The notes: a model not told the origin generated them from the sequence alone. Counted from the first letter of the stretch, positions 1-10,760 are shown. The stretch is 64,000 bases of DNA from an uncultured Spirochaetota bacterium (GCA_963745235.1 CAVUXE010000033.1:64536-128535); one strand, 5' to 3'. Program-made: numbers and translations.

Positions 1-2
1 GC

Positions 3-1022
3 CGTGACGAAAAGCCCGTCTGGGTCCAGGCCATGAAAAAGTTCGAAAAGCCTGATCCGCGCAAGGTTGCCGTGCAGATGCTGGATACCGTGCCCGCCTA
101 TCTTGCCCTGCTCGCAGTCATGTACCTGACCATGGCATGGCACCTGCCTTACATAGTGACGCTTCTTCTGGCCATTCCCGCGGGCGCCCTTCTCATACGC
201 CTGTTCATCATCTTCCACGATTGCGGCCACGGGTCCTATGTCGCATCCCCCCTCGGGCTGCAGATCATCGGCAACGCCCTTGGCGTCTTGACCTTCACGG
301 CATTCGCGGACTGGCGCAGGTCCCACGGCATCCACCATTCCACGGCAGGCAACCTGGACCGCAGGGGAGTCGGGGATGTGTGGACGATGACCATGGACGA
401 GTACGCGGCAAGCCCTCCGTCCCGGCGCCTTCTGTACCGGGTGTTCCGAAATCCTTTCTTCATGTTCGGGCTGGTGCCTTTCTTCTCATTCCTGGTTCTT
501 CACAGGTTCCCATCCCGCGGATCGAGCCGCAAACAGGCTCTGAGCGTCCTTCTCACGGACGTCGTGCTCGCCGGGATCATTGTCGCGGTGAGCCTGACCA
601 TCGGGATCAAGGCGTACCTGCTCATCCAGCTGCCCATCATCCTTATCGGCGGCGCGGGCGGCGTGTGGCTGTTCTACATCCAGCACCAGTTCGATCCTTC
701 GTACTGGGCGCGCACCGAGGAGTGGGAGCCGATGGAAGCAGCGATGCAGGGTTCCTCGTACTACAAGCTCCCCAAGGTGCTGCAGTGGATCTCCGGCAAC
801 ATCGGTTTTCACCATATTCATCACCTGCGGCCGCGGATACCCAACTACAACCTTCAGCAGTGCCTGAATGAGACCCCGCAGCTCCAGCTCCCTGACCCGC
901 TGCGTCTCTGGCCGAGCCTTCTTTCCGTGCGGCTCAAGGTCTGGGACGAGAGGCAGAAGATCCTGCTCACCCTCAGGGAGATGAGGGAGCAGCTTCGCGT
1001 GCGCCGCCAGAGCCTTGCGTAG
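3..1022 (+). CDS. Fatty acid desaturase, Bacillus Des-like (probably 5'-truncated by the window edge)
   Basis: His boxes HDCGH, HGIHH, HHIHH and QH motif; frame is open upstream of the ATG at 33. Confidence 0.9.
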   Translation, partial: RDEKPVWVQAMKKFEKPDPRKVAVQMLDTVPAYLALLAVMYLTMAWHLPYIVTLLLAIPAGALLIRLFIIFHDCGHGSYVASPLGLQIIGNALGVLTFTAFADWRRSHGIHHSTAGNLDRRGVGDVWTMTMDEYAASPPSRRLLYRVFRNPFFMFGLVPFFSFLVLHRFPSRGSSRKQALSVLLTDVVLAGIIVAVSLTIGIKAYLLIQLPIILIGGAGGVWLFYIQHQFDPSYWARTEEWEPMEAAMQGSSYYKLPKVLQWISGNIGFHHIHHLRPRIPNYNLQQCLNETPQLQLPDPLRLWPSLLSVRLKVWDERQKILLTLREMREQLRVRRQSLA

Positions 1023-1031
1023 CGCATATTC

Positions 1032-1697
1032 GTGACCATGAAGCTTCGCGTTCTCCTGGTTGAAGACCACGTCCTGGTGCGGGAAGGCATCAGGAGCCTC
1101 CTCGGGCGTGACACCGGGATCGAGGTTGTCGGGGAAGCCGAAACCGGGGAAGAGGCAATCAGCCTTGCCGCGGAGACGAAGCCCGACCTGGTGATCATGG
1201 ACGTGGTCATGGCCGGAATGACGGGGATCGAAGCCTCGCGGAAGATCATCCGGGAAAACCCGGGGACGAAAATCATTGCCTTGTCGATGTACGACAACCA
1301 GAGCTACATCTCCCGCATGGTGGAGGCCGGGGTCACGGGCTACGTCGTCAAGACGAGCGCGTTCGACGAGCTGGCTCGGGCCATCGAGGTGGTGATGAGG
1401 GGAGAGGTCTACCTGTGCGGCACCATCACGAGCGTGATCGTGAATGACTACCTGGCCAGGATGAAAGCGGGCCCCTCCGGCCTCAAGGCCACTCCTGTTC
1501 TTTCCCTGCGTGAGCGCGAGGTGCTGGTGATGATATCCGAGGGGAAATCCGGCGCGGATATCGCCCGGGAGCTGAGCGTGACTGCGAAGACCGTGGAAAG
1601 CCACAGGCTCCACATCATGGACAAGCTGAAGATCCACAGCGTCGCAGGGCTGACAAAGTACGCGCTGCGCGAGGGGCTTACCGCGCTGGATCGCTGA
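1032..1697 (+). CDS. NarL/LuxR-family response regulator
   Basis: Receiver domain (VEDH, DLVIMD) and LuxR HTH (LSLREREVL...TAKTVESH). Confidence 0.93.
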   Translation: MTMKLRVLLVEDHVLVREGIRSLLGRDTGIEVVGEAETGEEAISLAAETKPDLVIMDVVMAGMTGIEASRKIIRENPGTKIIALSMYDNQSYISRMVEAGVTGYVVKTSAFDELARAIEVVMRGEVYLCGTITSVIVNDYLARMKAGPSGLKATPVLSLREREVLVMISEGKSGADIARELSVTAKTVESHRLHIMDKLKIHSVAGLTKYALREGLTALDR

Positions 1698-1712
1698 CGT
1701 CACTCGCCCCCA

Positions 1713-2345
1713 TCACTCAAGGCCCCCGCAGAATGCCCTGGTCTCCTTGACCGCCTGCGCAAGGTTCTCTTCGTAGGTGTGGCCGGAGGCCTTGCGCGGC
1801 TTGAAGGAGTGGTCACCGTCAGGGAGGAACACCAGGCGGATGGCTTTCGAAAGCGTGTATGCGCGTATCTCCTCACTGTTCCCCAGCGTGTCCCTTTCCC
1901 CCTGCAGGAAAAGGGCCGGAGTGGAAAGGTCCTTCAGATGGGCCACGCGCAGGGTCTTCGGCCTTCCCGTGGGATGGAACGGATAGCCAAGGCAGACAAG
2001 CCCCTTCACGCCCGCCTGATCTGCAACCATGCTCGCGATCCGGCCCCCCATGGATTTCCCGCCAATCACGAGCGTCGACGGATCTCCGAGCTGCTCAATG
2101 ACGCGACGCCACGTCGCCTCCAGCACGGAGGGGAAATCGGGACGGGTCCTCTTTCCCGTCTCCCGCACGTGATGCATGTAGGGGAACTCGAAGCGCACGA
2201 CGCGCAGGGATTCCTCCGACAGCGCGCGGGCAATCTCCTCCATGAACGGGGAGTCCATGGCCGCCCCCGCGCCATGGGCAAGAACTATGGAAAGCCGCGA
2301 GGCGCGGCCCTTTGGCTCGTTGACAAGGAGAGGTATCTCGCTCAC
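1713..2345 (-). CDS. Alpha/beta-fold hydrolase (KANL3/Tex30-like)
   Basis: HGAG, GKSMGG nucleophile elbow, GDHS; SD aaggagg. Confidence 0.88.
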   Translation of the reverse strand: MSEIPLLVNEPKGRASRLSIVLAHGAGAAMDSPFMEEIARALSEESLRVVRFEFPYMHHVRETGKRTRPDFPSVLEATWRRVIEQLGDPSTLVIGGKSMGGRIASMVADQAGVKGLVCLGYPFHPTGRPKTLRVAHLKDLSTPALFLQGERDTLGNSEEIRAYTLSKAIRLVFLPDGDHSFKPRKASGHTYEENLAQAVKETRAFCGGLE

Positions 2346-2377
2346 GGAGGCGCCTCCTTATGGTACATTGAGCGAGT

Positions 2378-4411
2378 ATGGCGATCGAGGAGTACCGGCG
2401 CAAGCGTGACTTCAAGAAGACCTCCGAGCCGGCCCCGCGGCGCGCAAAGGGGCAGGGGAATGGATTTGTCGTTCATCGCCACGAGGCCCGCAACCTCCAC
2501 TACGACCTTCGCATCGAGGCGGGCGGGGCGCTTGCCTGCTGGGCCGTGCCGAAGGGGTTCTCCTACACGCCAGCGGACAAGCGGCTTGCCGTGCACGTGG
2601 AGGACCATCCCCTCCTGTACAAGGACTGGGAGGGAACGATCCCGAAGGGGCAGTACGGCGCCGGGACCATGAAGATCTGGGACGCCGGCACCTACGAGGT
2701 CCTGAAGGCGCCGAACATCACGAAGGCGATCGAGAAGGGCGAGCTGAAGCTGGAGCTGAAAGGCCGGCGCTTGCGGGGCGAATGGCACATGGTCCAGACA
2801 AAGCAGGAGGAGGGAAAGAACTGGCTCCTGTTCAAGGCTCGGGACCGGTACGTCGGCTCCGGGAGCGACCTCTTCGGAGGAGCGGACCTGGGCCGCGCCG
2901 TCCAGAAGCCCCTTCCGCGCAGCCTGCCCCGCATGGAGGCCTCCCCGGGCAGGCAGGCCTTCAACGATCCGGACTGGCTCTTCGAGCCCGCGTTCGTCGG
3001 CACGCGCGTCCTGGCACGGGTGGAGGGAGACAGGGTAGGTCTTCGCTCGAGCTCGGAGGACCTCGCGGGCCGCCTCCCCGGCATCGTCAAAGCTCTTGCT
3101 GTTGTTCGGGCAGAGACGGCTGTGTTCGACGGAATTGTCGTGGCCCTGGATGAGCACGGGAAGCCGTCGGAGGCCGCGCTTGCCGCGGAGCTGGAATCAG
3201 GCGGCTCAAGGGCGGTCCTCTACCTCTTCGATGTGCTGTACGCGGAGGAATGGGACTTGAGAAAGCTCGCTCTCCGGGAGCGCAAGGCGGTCCTGCGGGC
3301 GCTGCTTCCTGAATCAGGGAAGCTTTTCCTGGTGGATGCCGTGCCGGAGCGCGGGGAGGCGCTGGCGCAGGCGGCGGCGGAATCCGGCCTGCCGGCCATC
3401 GTGGCAAAAAAGTCGGCCAGCCAGTACCGCGCAGGGGCCTCCGAGGACTGGCTGCTGATCCCGGCAGCCACGGGCCAGTCAAAGCCAGACTCTGCGCCGC
3501 GCCCCGCCCGTCGGCGGGAAGGCGGTGAGCCGTCCTTCGTGGTAACACACCCGCGAAAGGTGTATTGGCCGGACCAGGGCTACACGAAGGGAGACCTTGT
3601 GAGCTACTACGACAGGGTGGCCAACTGGATCCTGCCGTATCTCGAGGACCGACCCCTGCACCTGTACCGTTGGCCGGACGGCATCCGCGGCAAGTCGTTC
3701 TACCAGAAGCAGCTTCCCGAGGACATCCTCAACCAGGTGGAGACGGTCGACGTTTCCCGCGACGGGGAGGGTCCGGTCTTCTACGCCATGTGCAACGACA
3801 GAAAGACGCTTCTCACCCTCATCAACACGGGCAGCATCGACCTTCATCCGTGGATGTCGCACAAAGGCAGCCTGGATTCCCCTGACTGGGCGTTTATAGA
3901 CCTGGATCCCAAGGAGGCACCCTTTTCCAGCGTCATAAAGATCGCCCGGACCGTCGGGAGGCTCTTGAGGGGTGTCGGCATCGAGCCCTACCTGAAGACG
4001 TCCGGCTCGACGGGGCTTCACGTCTGCATCCCCTTGCAGCCGGGCTACACTTTCGACCAGAGCAGGATGTTCAGCGAAGCAGTCGCGCGCCTCGTTGTTC
4101 GAGACCACGCTGACATTGCCACGGTGGAGCGCGTGGTGAGCCGCCGGGAGGGCCGGGTCTATGTCGACTTCCTGCAGAACCGCCGGGAGCAGACCATCGT
4201 GCCGCCCTATGTTGTTCGGCCCGTGGAGGCAGCCTCCGTATCCATGCCGCTGGCGTGGGACGAGCTGGAAACGGAGCTCTCGGTCGCGGACTTCACGCTT
4301 CTGAATGCGCCGGCGCGGATAGAGAAGACGGGAGACCTGTTTCGAACGGCGCTGACGGCGCCGCAGGACCTCGGGCCGGCAATCGAAGCGCTGGGCAAAT
4401 ACCTCTCGTAA
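2378..4411 (+). CDS. ligD: LigD-like protein: 3'-phosphoesterase + degenerate ligase domain + primase-polymerase domain
   Basis: PE motifs HEARNLHYDLR and VEDHPLLY; Pol motifs FYQK, IDLDP, KTSG, YVDFLQN; middle domain is ligase-like but lacks catalytic residues. Confidence 0.92.
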   Translation: MAIEEYRRKRDFKKTSEPAPRRAKGQGNGFVVHRHEARNLHYDLRIEAGGALACWAVPKGFSYTPADKRLAVHVEDHPLLYKDWEGTIPKGQYGAGTMKIWDAGTYEVLKAPNITKAIEKGELKLELKGRRLRGEWHMVQTKQEEGKNWLLFKARDRYVGSGSDLFGGADLGRAVQKPLPRSLPRMEASPGRQAFNDPDWLFEPAFVGTRVLARVEGDRVGLRSSSEDLAGRLPGIVKALAVVRAETAVFDGIVVALDEHGKPSEAALAAELESGGSRAVLYLFDVLYAEEWDLRKLALRERKAVLRALLPESGKLFLVDAVPERGEALAQAAAESGLPAIVAKKSASQYRAGASEDWLLIPAATGQSKPDSAPRPARRREGGEPSFVVTHPRKVYWPDQGYTKGDLVSYYDRVANWILPYLEDRPLHLYRWPDGIRGKSFYQKQLPEDILNQVETVDVSRDGEGPVFYAMCNDRKTLLTLINTGSIDLHPWMSHKGSLDSPDWAFIDLDPKEAPFSSVIKIARTVGRLLRGVGIEPYLKTSGSTGLHVCIPLQPGYTFDQSRMFSEAVARLVVRDHADIATVERVVSRREGRVYVDFLQNRREQTIVPPYVVRPVEAASVSMPLAWDELETELSVADFTLLNAPARIEKTGDLFRTALTAPQDLGPAIEALGKYLS

Positions 4412-4420
4412 GGAACGTTC

Positions 4421-7400
4421 ATGCAGAAAGAAGCAACAGGCCTGCGCCTTGCGGCCACCGACATCTCCAATCATCTTGCCTGCCGGCACCTGACGCAGTT
4501 GGATCGCGCCGTCGCGGAGGGCCTGCGTGCCGCGCCGGCCTGGAGGGACCCCGCTCTTGCGGTCCTGCAGCAGCGCGGTTTCGCGCATGAGCGGGCCTAC
4601 ATCCAGAGCCTGCGGGAAAAGGGGCTTGCCATCGTCGAGCCGGCACAGGAGGGCGGCAAGCTGACCGCGGAGCAGACCCGGGAGGCCATGCGCGCCGGCG
4701 CGCAGGCCCTCGTGCAGGCGGAGCTTCGCAGGGACGGGTGGATCGGCCGCGCGGACGTTCTTCTCAAGGTGAGCAGGCCCAGCCGGCTGGGTGGCTGGTC
4801 CTACGAAGTGGCGGACACGAAGCTGGCAGAGGAGACGCGCGCGGGAGCCGTGCTTCAGCTCTGCCTGTATTCCGAGCTGGTTGCCGACGTGCAGGGCGTG
4901 ACTCCTGAATGGATGCACGTGGTGAAACCGGGGCCGGACTTCCCGCGTGAGAGCTTTCGCTTTGATGACTTCGGCGCCTACTATCGCCTGATCCGCGGCC
5001 GGCTGGAGCAGGTCATTGCGGCCCCGCCGTCTTCTTCGACGTATCCGGATCCGGTGCCTCACTGCGACATATGCCGCTGGTGGAGCGTGTGCGACGCGCG
5101 CAGGCACGCGGATGACAACCTCTGCCTGGTGGCCGGCATGCGGCCGCTGCACCGAAGCGAGATCCAGGGCCAGGGAATCAATACGCTGGCGCAGTATGCG
5201 GAAGAGCCGCGGCCCTTTCGGCGGAAACCGGAGCGGGGGAGCCCTGAAGCTTTCATCAGGGCGCACGGCCAGGCTCGCATACAGCTGGATGGAAGGAAGG
5301 CGGGCGCGCCGCGCTACCGCCTGCTGCCGCAGGAACCCGGGCTCGGATTCTTCCTTCTTCCTGAGCCTGACAGCGGGGACATCTTTTTCGACATCGAGTC
5401 AGATCCTTTTGCCGGTGAGGAGGGCATGGAGTACCTCCTGGGTTTTGCGTTCGCCGGGCTCGGCAAGGAGGCGCCGCAGTACACGGCGCTGTGGGCCTTG
5501 GATCCGACGGAAGAGCGAAAGGCGCTGGAGCAGCTGATTGACTTCATCATGGAGCGCTGGCGTGCCCATCCCGGCATGCACATCTACCATTTTTCGCCCT
5601 ACGAGCCTGGCGCGGTGAAGCGCCTGATTGGCAGGCATGGCACTCGGGAGGCGGACCTGGACCAGGTGCTCCGCGCGGAGCGGTTCGTTGACCTCCTTGC
5701 CGTGACTCGCCACGGCCTTCAGGCCAGCGTTGAAAGCTACTCTCTGAAGGAGCTGGAGCAGTTCCACGGGTTCACGCGGACAATCGAGCTTCCAGCCGCC
5801 GCTGCCGCGCTGCGGCGGCTGGCAAAAGCGCTGGAGCTGACGGGGGCGCAGGACATCGCCCCGGAGGACAGCGCGGCGGTTTCCGCCTACAACCGGGATG
5901 ACTGCCTCTCAACCGCTTTGCTGAGAGACTGGCTGGAAGCTCGACGCTCGGAAGCAGAGCGGCAGGGGGGATCCATCCCACGGCCCCTCAATAAAACCGG
6001 GGATGCAAGTGAGGCCGTTGAGGAACGGGCTGCCGATATCCAGGTCCTGTTCGAGCGGTTGACGAACGGTCTTCCTGACGAGCGCACCGCGTGGGGACCG
6101 GCGGAGCGCGCACGGTGGCTCCTCGCCCACCAGCTGGAGTACTTCCGGCGGGAGGACAAGTGCGCGTGGTGGGAGTACTTCCGCATCCATGGCCTGGATT
6201 TCGAAGATCTCATGGAAGAGCGCAAGGCCATAACCGGGCTTCAGTTCGTTGGCCAGGTCGGGTCTGGCTCCCGGCTTCCCGTCCACCGCTACAGTTTTCC
6301 CGAGCAGGAGGTGGACCCTGACGAGGGAAAGACCCTCCAGGAGGTCGGAACGAAAGTGCCGGTCGGGACAATGCTTTCACTTGACCTTTCGGCCCACACA
6401 ATGGACATCGCAAAAAGTGCGAGGGCGGTTGACCTGCATCCGGTGGCCGTCATGATGGATGATCACATCCGGCCGGCGCCCGTGGACAAAGCGTTCCTGG
6501 ACCTCGCGCGCTCGATCGCGGCTCACGGGGTGGAGGGCGCAGGGCCGTTTCGCGCGGCGCGGGACCTCCTTCTTGGCTCAAAGCCCCGGCTGCGCACGAC
6601 TGCTGGCGGATCGCTTCGAAAGGATGGAGAAAACGTCGTGGATGCGGCGGTCAGGCTGGCAAGAGATCTGGACAGCAGCGTCCTCCCCATTCAGGGGCCG
6701 CCGGGATCCGGCAAGACGTTCACCGGGGCGCGGATGATCGTCGCCCTTGCGCGGGAAGGAAAGCGCATCGGCGTCACGGCTGTCAGCCACAAGGTCATTC
6801 AGAAGCTGCTCATGGAAGCGCTGACTGCGGCAGCGGAGGCCGGCGTGCCGGTCAGGGCGATGCGGAAGGACAGGAGGGCGGACGGCGAGGTGGTTGAGGG
6901 GGTGCTCGTGACAAAGGAGAACGCGAGGCTCCTCAGCGGCCTCGACCAGGGCGCCGTGGTTGGAGGCACCGCCTGGTTCTGGTCCCAGGAAGACATGAAG
7001 GAAGCCGTGGACTATCTCTTCGTTGACGAGGCCGGACAGATGTCGCTGGCGCACGTTCTGGCGACCTCCCGGTCCGCGCGGAACCTCGTGCTGCTGGGGG
7101 ACCCGCAGCAGCTGGAACAGCCGCAGAAGGGCGCCCATCCCGAAGGGGCGGAGGTTGCCGCCCTCGTTCACATCCTGGCCGGGCACAAGACCATCTCGAA
7201 CGACGCAGGCCTTTTCCTGGACGTGACCTGGAGGCTGCATCCGCGGCATCTGCGCATTCACTTCCGAGCTGTTCTACGAAAGCAGGCTCTTCGCTCGCGC
7301 CGGTCTTGAAAAGCAATCTCTCGGCGGGACCGCCCACTTTGCGGGAAGCGGGCTTTTCTACGTGCCGGTCGAGCACACCGGGAACCAGAACAGCAGCAGG

Positions 7401-7835
7401 GAGGAAGTGGAGGCGGTCTGGCGCATCGTCACGGAGCTTCGAAGCGGGGCATCCTGGACGGATGTCAAGGGCAGGACAAGACCCCTGGGCCAGGCCGACA
7501 TTCTCGTGGTGGCCCCGTACAACGCCCAGGTTGCGGCCCTTGGACGTCGACTCGGCGACACGGCACGCGTCGGTACGGTGGACAAGTTCCAGGGCCAGGA
7601 AGCGCCGGTGGTCATCTATTCCATGACAAGCTCATCCGCGCAGGATGCCCCGCGCGGCATGAGCTTCCTGTACAGCCCCAACCGACTGAATGTCGCCACC
7701 AGCCGCGCGCGCTGCGCCAGCATCCTGGTCTCCTCTCGACGGCTCCTGGAGCCGGAGTGCGGCAGCCCGGACCAGATGCGCTGGGCCAACGGCCTGTGCC
7801 GCTACCGGGAGATGGCCACGGAGGTTGCCATCTAG
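4421..7835 (+). CDS. TM0106-family RecB-like nuclease + RNase H-like domain + SF1 helicase (one frameshift near 7246)
   Basis: ADVL...EVADTKL nuclease motif, FFDIE, GPPGSGKT, DEAGQ, GDPQQL, TVDKFQGQE, NRLNVATSRA; removing one base near 7246 joins the two ORFs. Confidence 0.88.
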
Positions 7836-7845
7836 CCCGCTCGTG

Positions 7846-8527
7846 CTAGTAGGCGAGCTCGAATCCGAATGCGCCGACGCCGATTCGCGGCACGAACGTG
7901 ATGGCCCCCTGGTCGACATTTCGCGTCGCTGCATGAGCGGCATCACTGGCGGCCCAGTGCCTGACTATCTGGTCCACGATCACGCCACCCAGGAAAACCC
8001 CGAAGGCCGGCAGGTAATCGACAATGCTGTGTCCGTTCCATGCGTCGCTGATGCTCGAGAAAGAATCCCTGAAGTAGTCTATCCGGTCGAAGCGCAGATC
8101 AGAGGGCAGGCTGTAGTAGACGCCCAGGAGAGTTCCGGCGAGCGTCGCCAGGTCCAGGGCAAGAAAACCGAATCCGCTTCCCGTGTTCCCCGTCTCGAAC
8201 TGCCCGAGCCCGGGAAGAGCCAGGGAGTGCAGGGAGATGGCCCTGACATACTGATCCTTCTGCGCGGCAATGCTGAGCCTGCTCACGCAGGGAGACCATG
8301 GCGGCCACATCGAAGTCCCCCAGCTTCTGCTGACCCATCTCGGACTGGATCTTGAGGATCTCAGCGGAGTAGTAGGGACCCGCTTCCGGCGGCCGCATCC
8401 CGGGGAACTGCTGTGACGGGAACCAGGGGCCCTGCGGGACGGCAAAAAGGGCGGCCGGCAGAAGAGCGACCGCAAGCACAACAAGGGCGCGTTTCACTTT
8501 GGTTTCTCCTTCCGCAAAGTGAAACAA
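7846..8527 (-). CDS. Hypothetical exported/membrane protein (frameshift near 8281)
   Basis: Signal-peptide-like start in the 8099..8527 ORF continues into the 7846 ORF (LSIAAQK...SLALPGLGQF) after one extra G. Confidence 0.6.
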
Positions 8528-8556
8528 CCGCGGCCGCCCGATGTGTCACCCCGGGG

Positions 8557-8772
8557 CTAAACCGCTCCGCCGAGCCGCTTGTATTCCTCTATCTCCCACG
8601 ACGTGGCGGGGTGATACCAGCCGCGGTACTTTTCCAGGTAGCCCGAGTCAACGGGTTCTTCTGCAAGCCTGTTCGCCCTGTCTATCCGGTAGCCTTTGAT
8701 CTTCAAGGGCTGCTCCGAGAAGACCCTCACATAGTCGCAGCGGGGATGGCCATTCCAGGGCCGGTTTTTCAT
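8557..8772 (-). CDS. Small hypothetical protein, 71 aa
   Basis: ORF MKNRPWNGHPRC... directly downstream of a sigma70-like promoter. Confidence 0.6.
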   Translation of the reverse strand: MKNRPWNGHPRCDYVRVFSEQPLKIKGYRIDRANRLAEEPVDSGYLEKYRGWYHPATSWEIEEYKRLGGAV

Positions 8773-8790
8773 GTACAGTGAGATCACAAC

Positions 8791-8822
8791 GTATACTATA
8801 CATATGTATAGTATACTGTCAA
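8791..8822 (-). promoter_or_regulatory. Sigma70-like promoter overlaid by a perfect 26-bp palindrome
   Basis: TTGACA (8822-8817), TATAGT/TAGTAT -10 candidates; palindrome GTATACTATACATATGTATAGTATAC at 8791-8816. Confidence 0.75.
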
Positions 8823-9370
8823 GACTTCGGCTCGTAGGAAAGGAGGACATTCCCCGAACGGAACGTCCTGCTCCTGATAAGCTTCAGCACCCGCGTGCCC
8901 TCCGTGAACAAGGGCTTGCCGTTTCCCAGCACCACGGGGTTCAGCATGATCCGAAGCTCATCGATCAAGCCCGTGCCCATGAGGCTGGTCGTGAGATCCG
9001 AGCTGCCGAATATCGCCATGTCCTTGCCGGGAAGCCTCTTCAGCTTCTCTATCTCCTGCGCGGCGTTCTCTTTCACAAGCCGCGAGTTGCTCCATTCGAC
9101 TTTCCGGAGCGTTCTGGAAAACACGAGCTTCGAAATGCTGTTCATTCGTCCTGCCACAACCGGATCGTTTCTCAGAGCCGTCGGCGTTGGCCAATAACCT
9201 GCCATCAGCTCATAGGTGACGCGTCCGAACAGGAGGGTATCGATTTCGTCCAGCTGTTCCACGGCGAAGGAGTTGAACTCCGCGTCCACGTTGTGCCAGC
9301 GTATGTCCCTGTTCGGACCTTCGAAGAACCCGTCCAGGGTCATCATGTTGAACATGAAGAGCTTTCTCAA
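8819..9370 (-). CDS. Dihydrofolate reductase/RibD C-terminal family protein
   Basis: MTLDGF, LLFGRVTY, GSS, LIDEL, PVVLGNG. Confidence 0.9.
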   Translation of the reverse strand: MRKLFMFNMMTLDGFFEGPNRDIRWHNVDAEFNSFAVEQLDEIDTLLFGRVTYELMAGYWPTPTALRNDPVVAGRMNSISKLVFSRTLRKVEWSNSRLVKENAAQEIEKLKRLPGKDMAIFGSSDLTTSLMGTGLIDELRIMLNPVVLGNGKPLFTEGTRVLKLIRSRTFRSGNVLLSYEPKS

Positions 9371-9377
9371 ACGCGTG

Positions 9378-10760
9378 TCACCCCTCCGAGCCTGACTGCC
9401 TCAGGTGCTGAGGCTGGATGGACCCGGCGGCGCGAAAGCTGCGCAAATACAGCGCCCCGCCCAGGATGACAACCACCGCAAAAGCAAGCATCACGTTGGT
9501 GTAGCCGAACCCTTTCGCAATGCCTGCCACAGGCAGGATCCGGAAGTCCAGCCACCCGCCCGTGAGAATCTTGCCGACCAGCGCAGTGCCCACCGCACCG
9601 GATATGATGCCCACCAGGTTGAAGAGGCCCATACCGATGCCCGTTTCCTGCTCGTCAAGGGTCTGGGAGACCGCATTGATCATTGCCGTCTGGAAGAGAG
9701 AAAACCCGACATACGTGAGAAGCAGCGCGGCGGCGATTATCAGCGCCGAAATGCTCAGGAGAACAGCCATGACGAGAATGCTGGTCGCCAGCAGCGCAAG
9801 GCCGATGGCCACCACGAAGCTGTTTCCTCTCCGATCGGATAGTCTCCCCGCGATGGGCCCGAAGACCACCGAGCTGATTGCCCCCGGGAACAGGACGAGC
9901 CCGATCTGGCTGCTGGAAAGATGGTGAATATCGTTCAGCATGAGAGGAATGAGGAAGATCGTTCCGATGACAACCGAGAAGAGGCAGAATCCGACAATCA
10001 CGCCGCTGCGGAACCTGGCGTTCATGAACAGGGATGGTTTGATGAACGGATCTGCGGCGGTCATGATGCGCAGGACGAAAAGGAAAAGCAGCCCGAGGAA
10101 CGCCACGAGGTAGTACCACGCGCTGAAGTTCAGGTAGACGATCAGTGTTCCGACGCTCGTGGCTACCAGCATGGCGCCGGGAATGTCCACTGTCCCCCTG
10201 CGGCGGGGCTCCCGGGGCAGCTCTCTGTTGAAAAATGGGATGGAAACGAGCATGAGCAGGGGAATCAGGAACAGGTACGGCCAGTGAAGCGTTCCTGACA
10301 CAAAGCCTCCGAGGACCGGGCCAAGTCCGATCGCAAGAGACACCGTGGAGGTGATGAGACCGAAGATCCGCCCTCGTTCCGATGGCTCGAAATACCGGGC
10401 CGCAATGATGAAGATCAACGCGGGAATGGCGGAGCCCCCGATTCCCTGGATTGCCCTCGCGGCGATGACCAGGGGGTACGAGGACTGCAGCGCGAAGCCC
10501 AGGACGGAGCCGATGCTGTAGATGACCACTCCGACGAGGATCAGCCCGCGCATGCTGTATATGTCAGCCAGCCTGCCGTAGATGACAGAGCCGATCCCGA
10601 AGAAAACCATGAATATCGTCATCATCCAGCTGACCCCCGAGGGCGTCAGCGCGAACTGGCGGGCGATCATGGGCGTCGACACGTTGAACACCGTTTCATT
10701 CAGGACCGCAAAGAATATGAGATATGTGATCCAGGGGACAAGTTTGCGCAAGGAAATCAT
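9378..10760 (-). CDS. MFS efflux transporter, 14-TM, Tet(K)/Tet(L)-like
   Basis: LNETVFNVS, GRLAD motif A, GLGPVLGG antiporter motif. Confidence 0.85.
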   Translation of the reverse strand: MISLRKLVPWITYLIFFAVLNETVFNVSTPMIARQFALTPSGVSWMMTIFMVFFGIGSVIYGRLADIYSMRGLILVGVVIYSIGSVLGFALQSSYPLVIAARAIQGIGGSAIPALIFIIAARYFEPSERGRIFGLITSTVSLAIGLGPVLGGFVSGTLHWPYLFLIPLLMLVSIPFFNRELPREPRRRGTVDIPGAMLVATSVGTLIVYLNFSAWYYLVAFLGLLFLFVLRIMTAADPFIKPSLFMNARFRSGVIVGFCLFSVVIGTIFLIPLMLNDIHHLSSSQIGLVLFPGAISSVVFGPIAGRLSDRRGNSFVVAIGLALLATSILVMAVLLSISALIIAAALLLTYVGFSLFQTAMINAVSQTLDEQETGIGMGLFNLVGIISGAVGTALVGKILTGGWLDFRILPVAGIAKGFGYTNVMLAFAVVVILGGALYLRSFRAAGSIQPQHLRQSGSEG

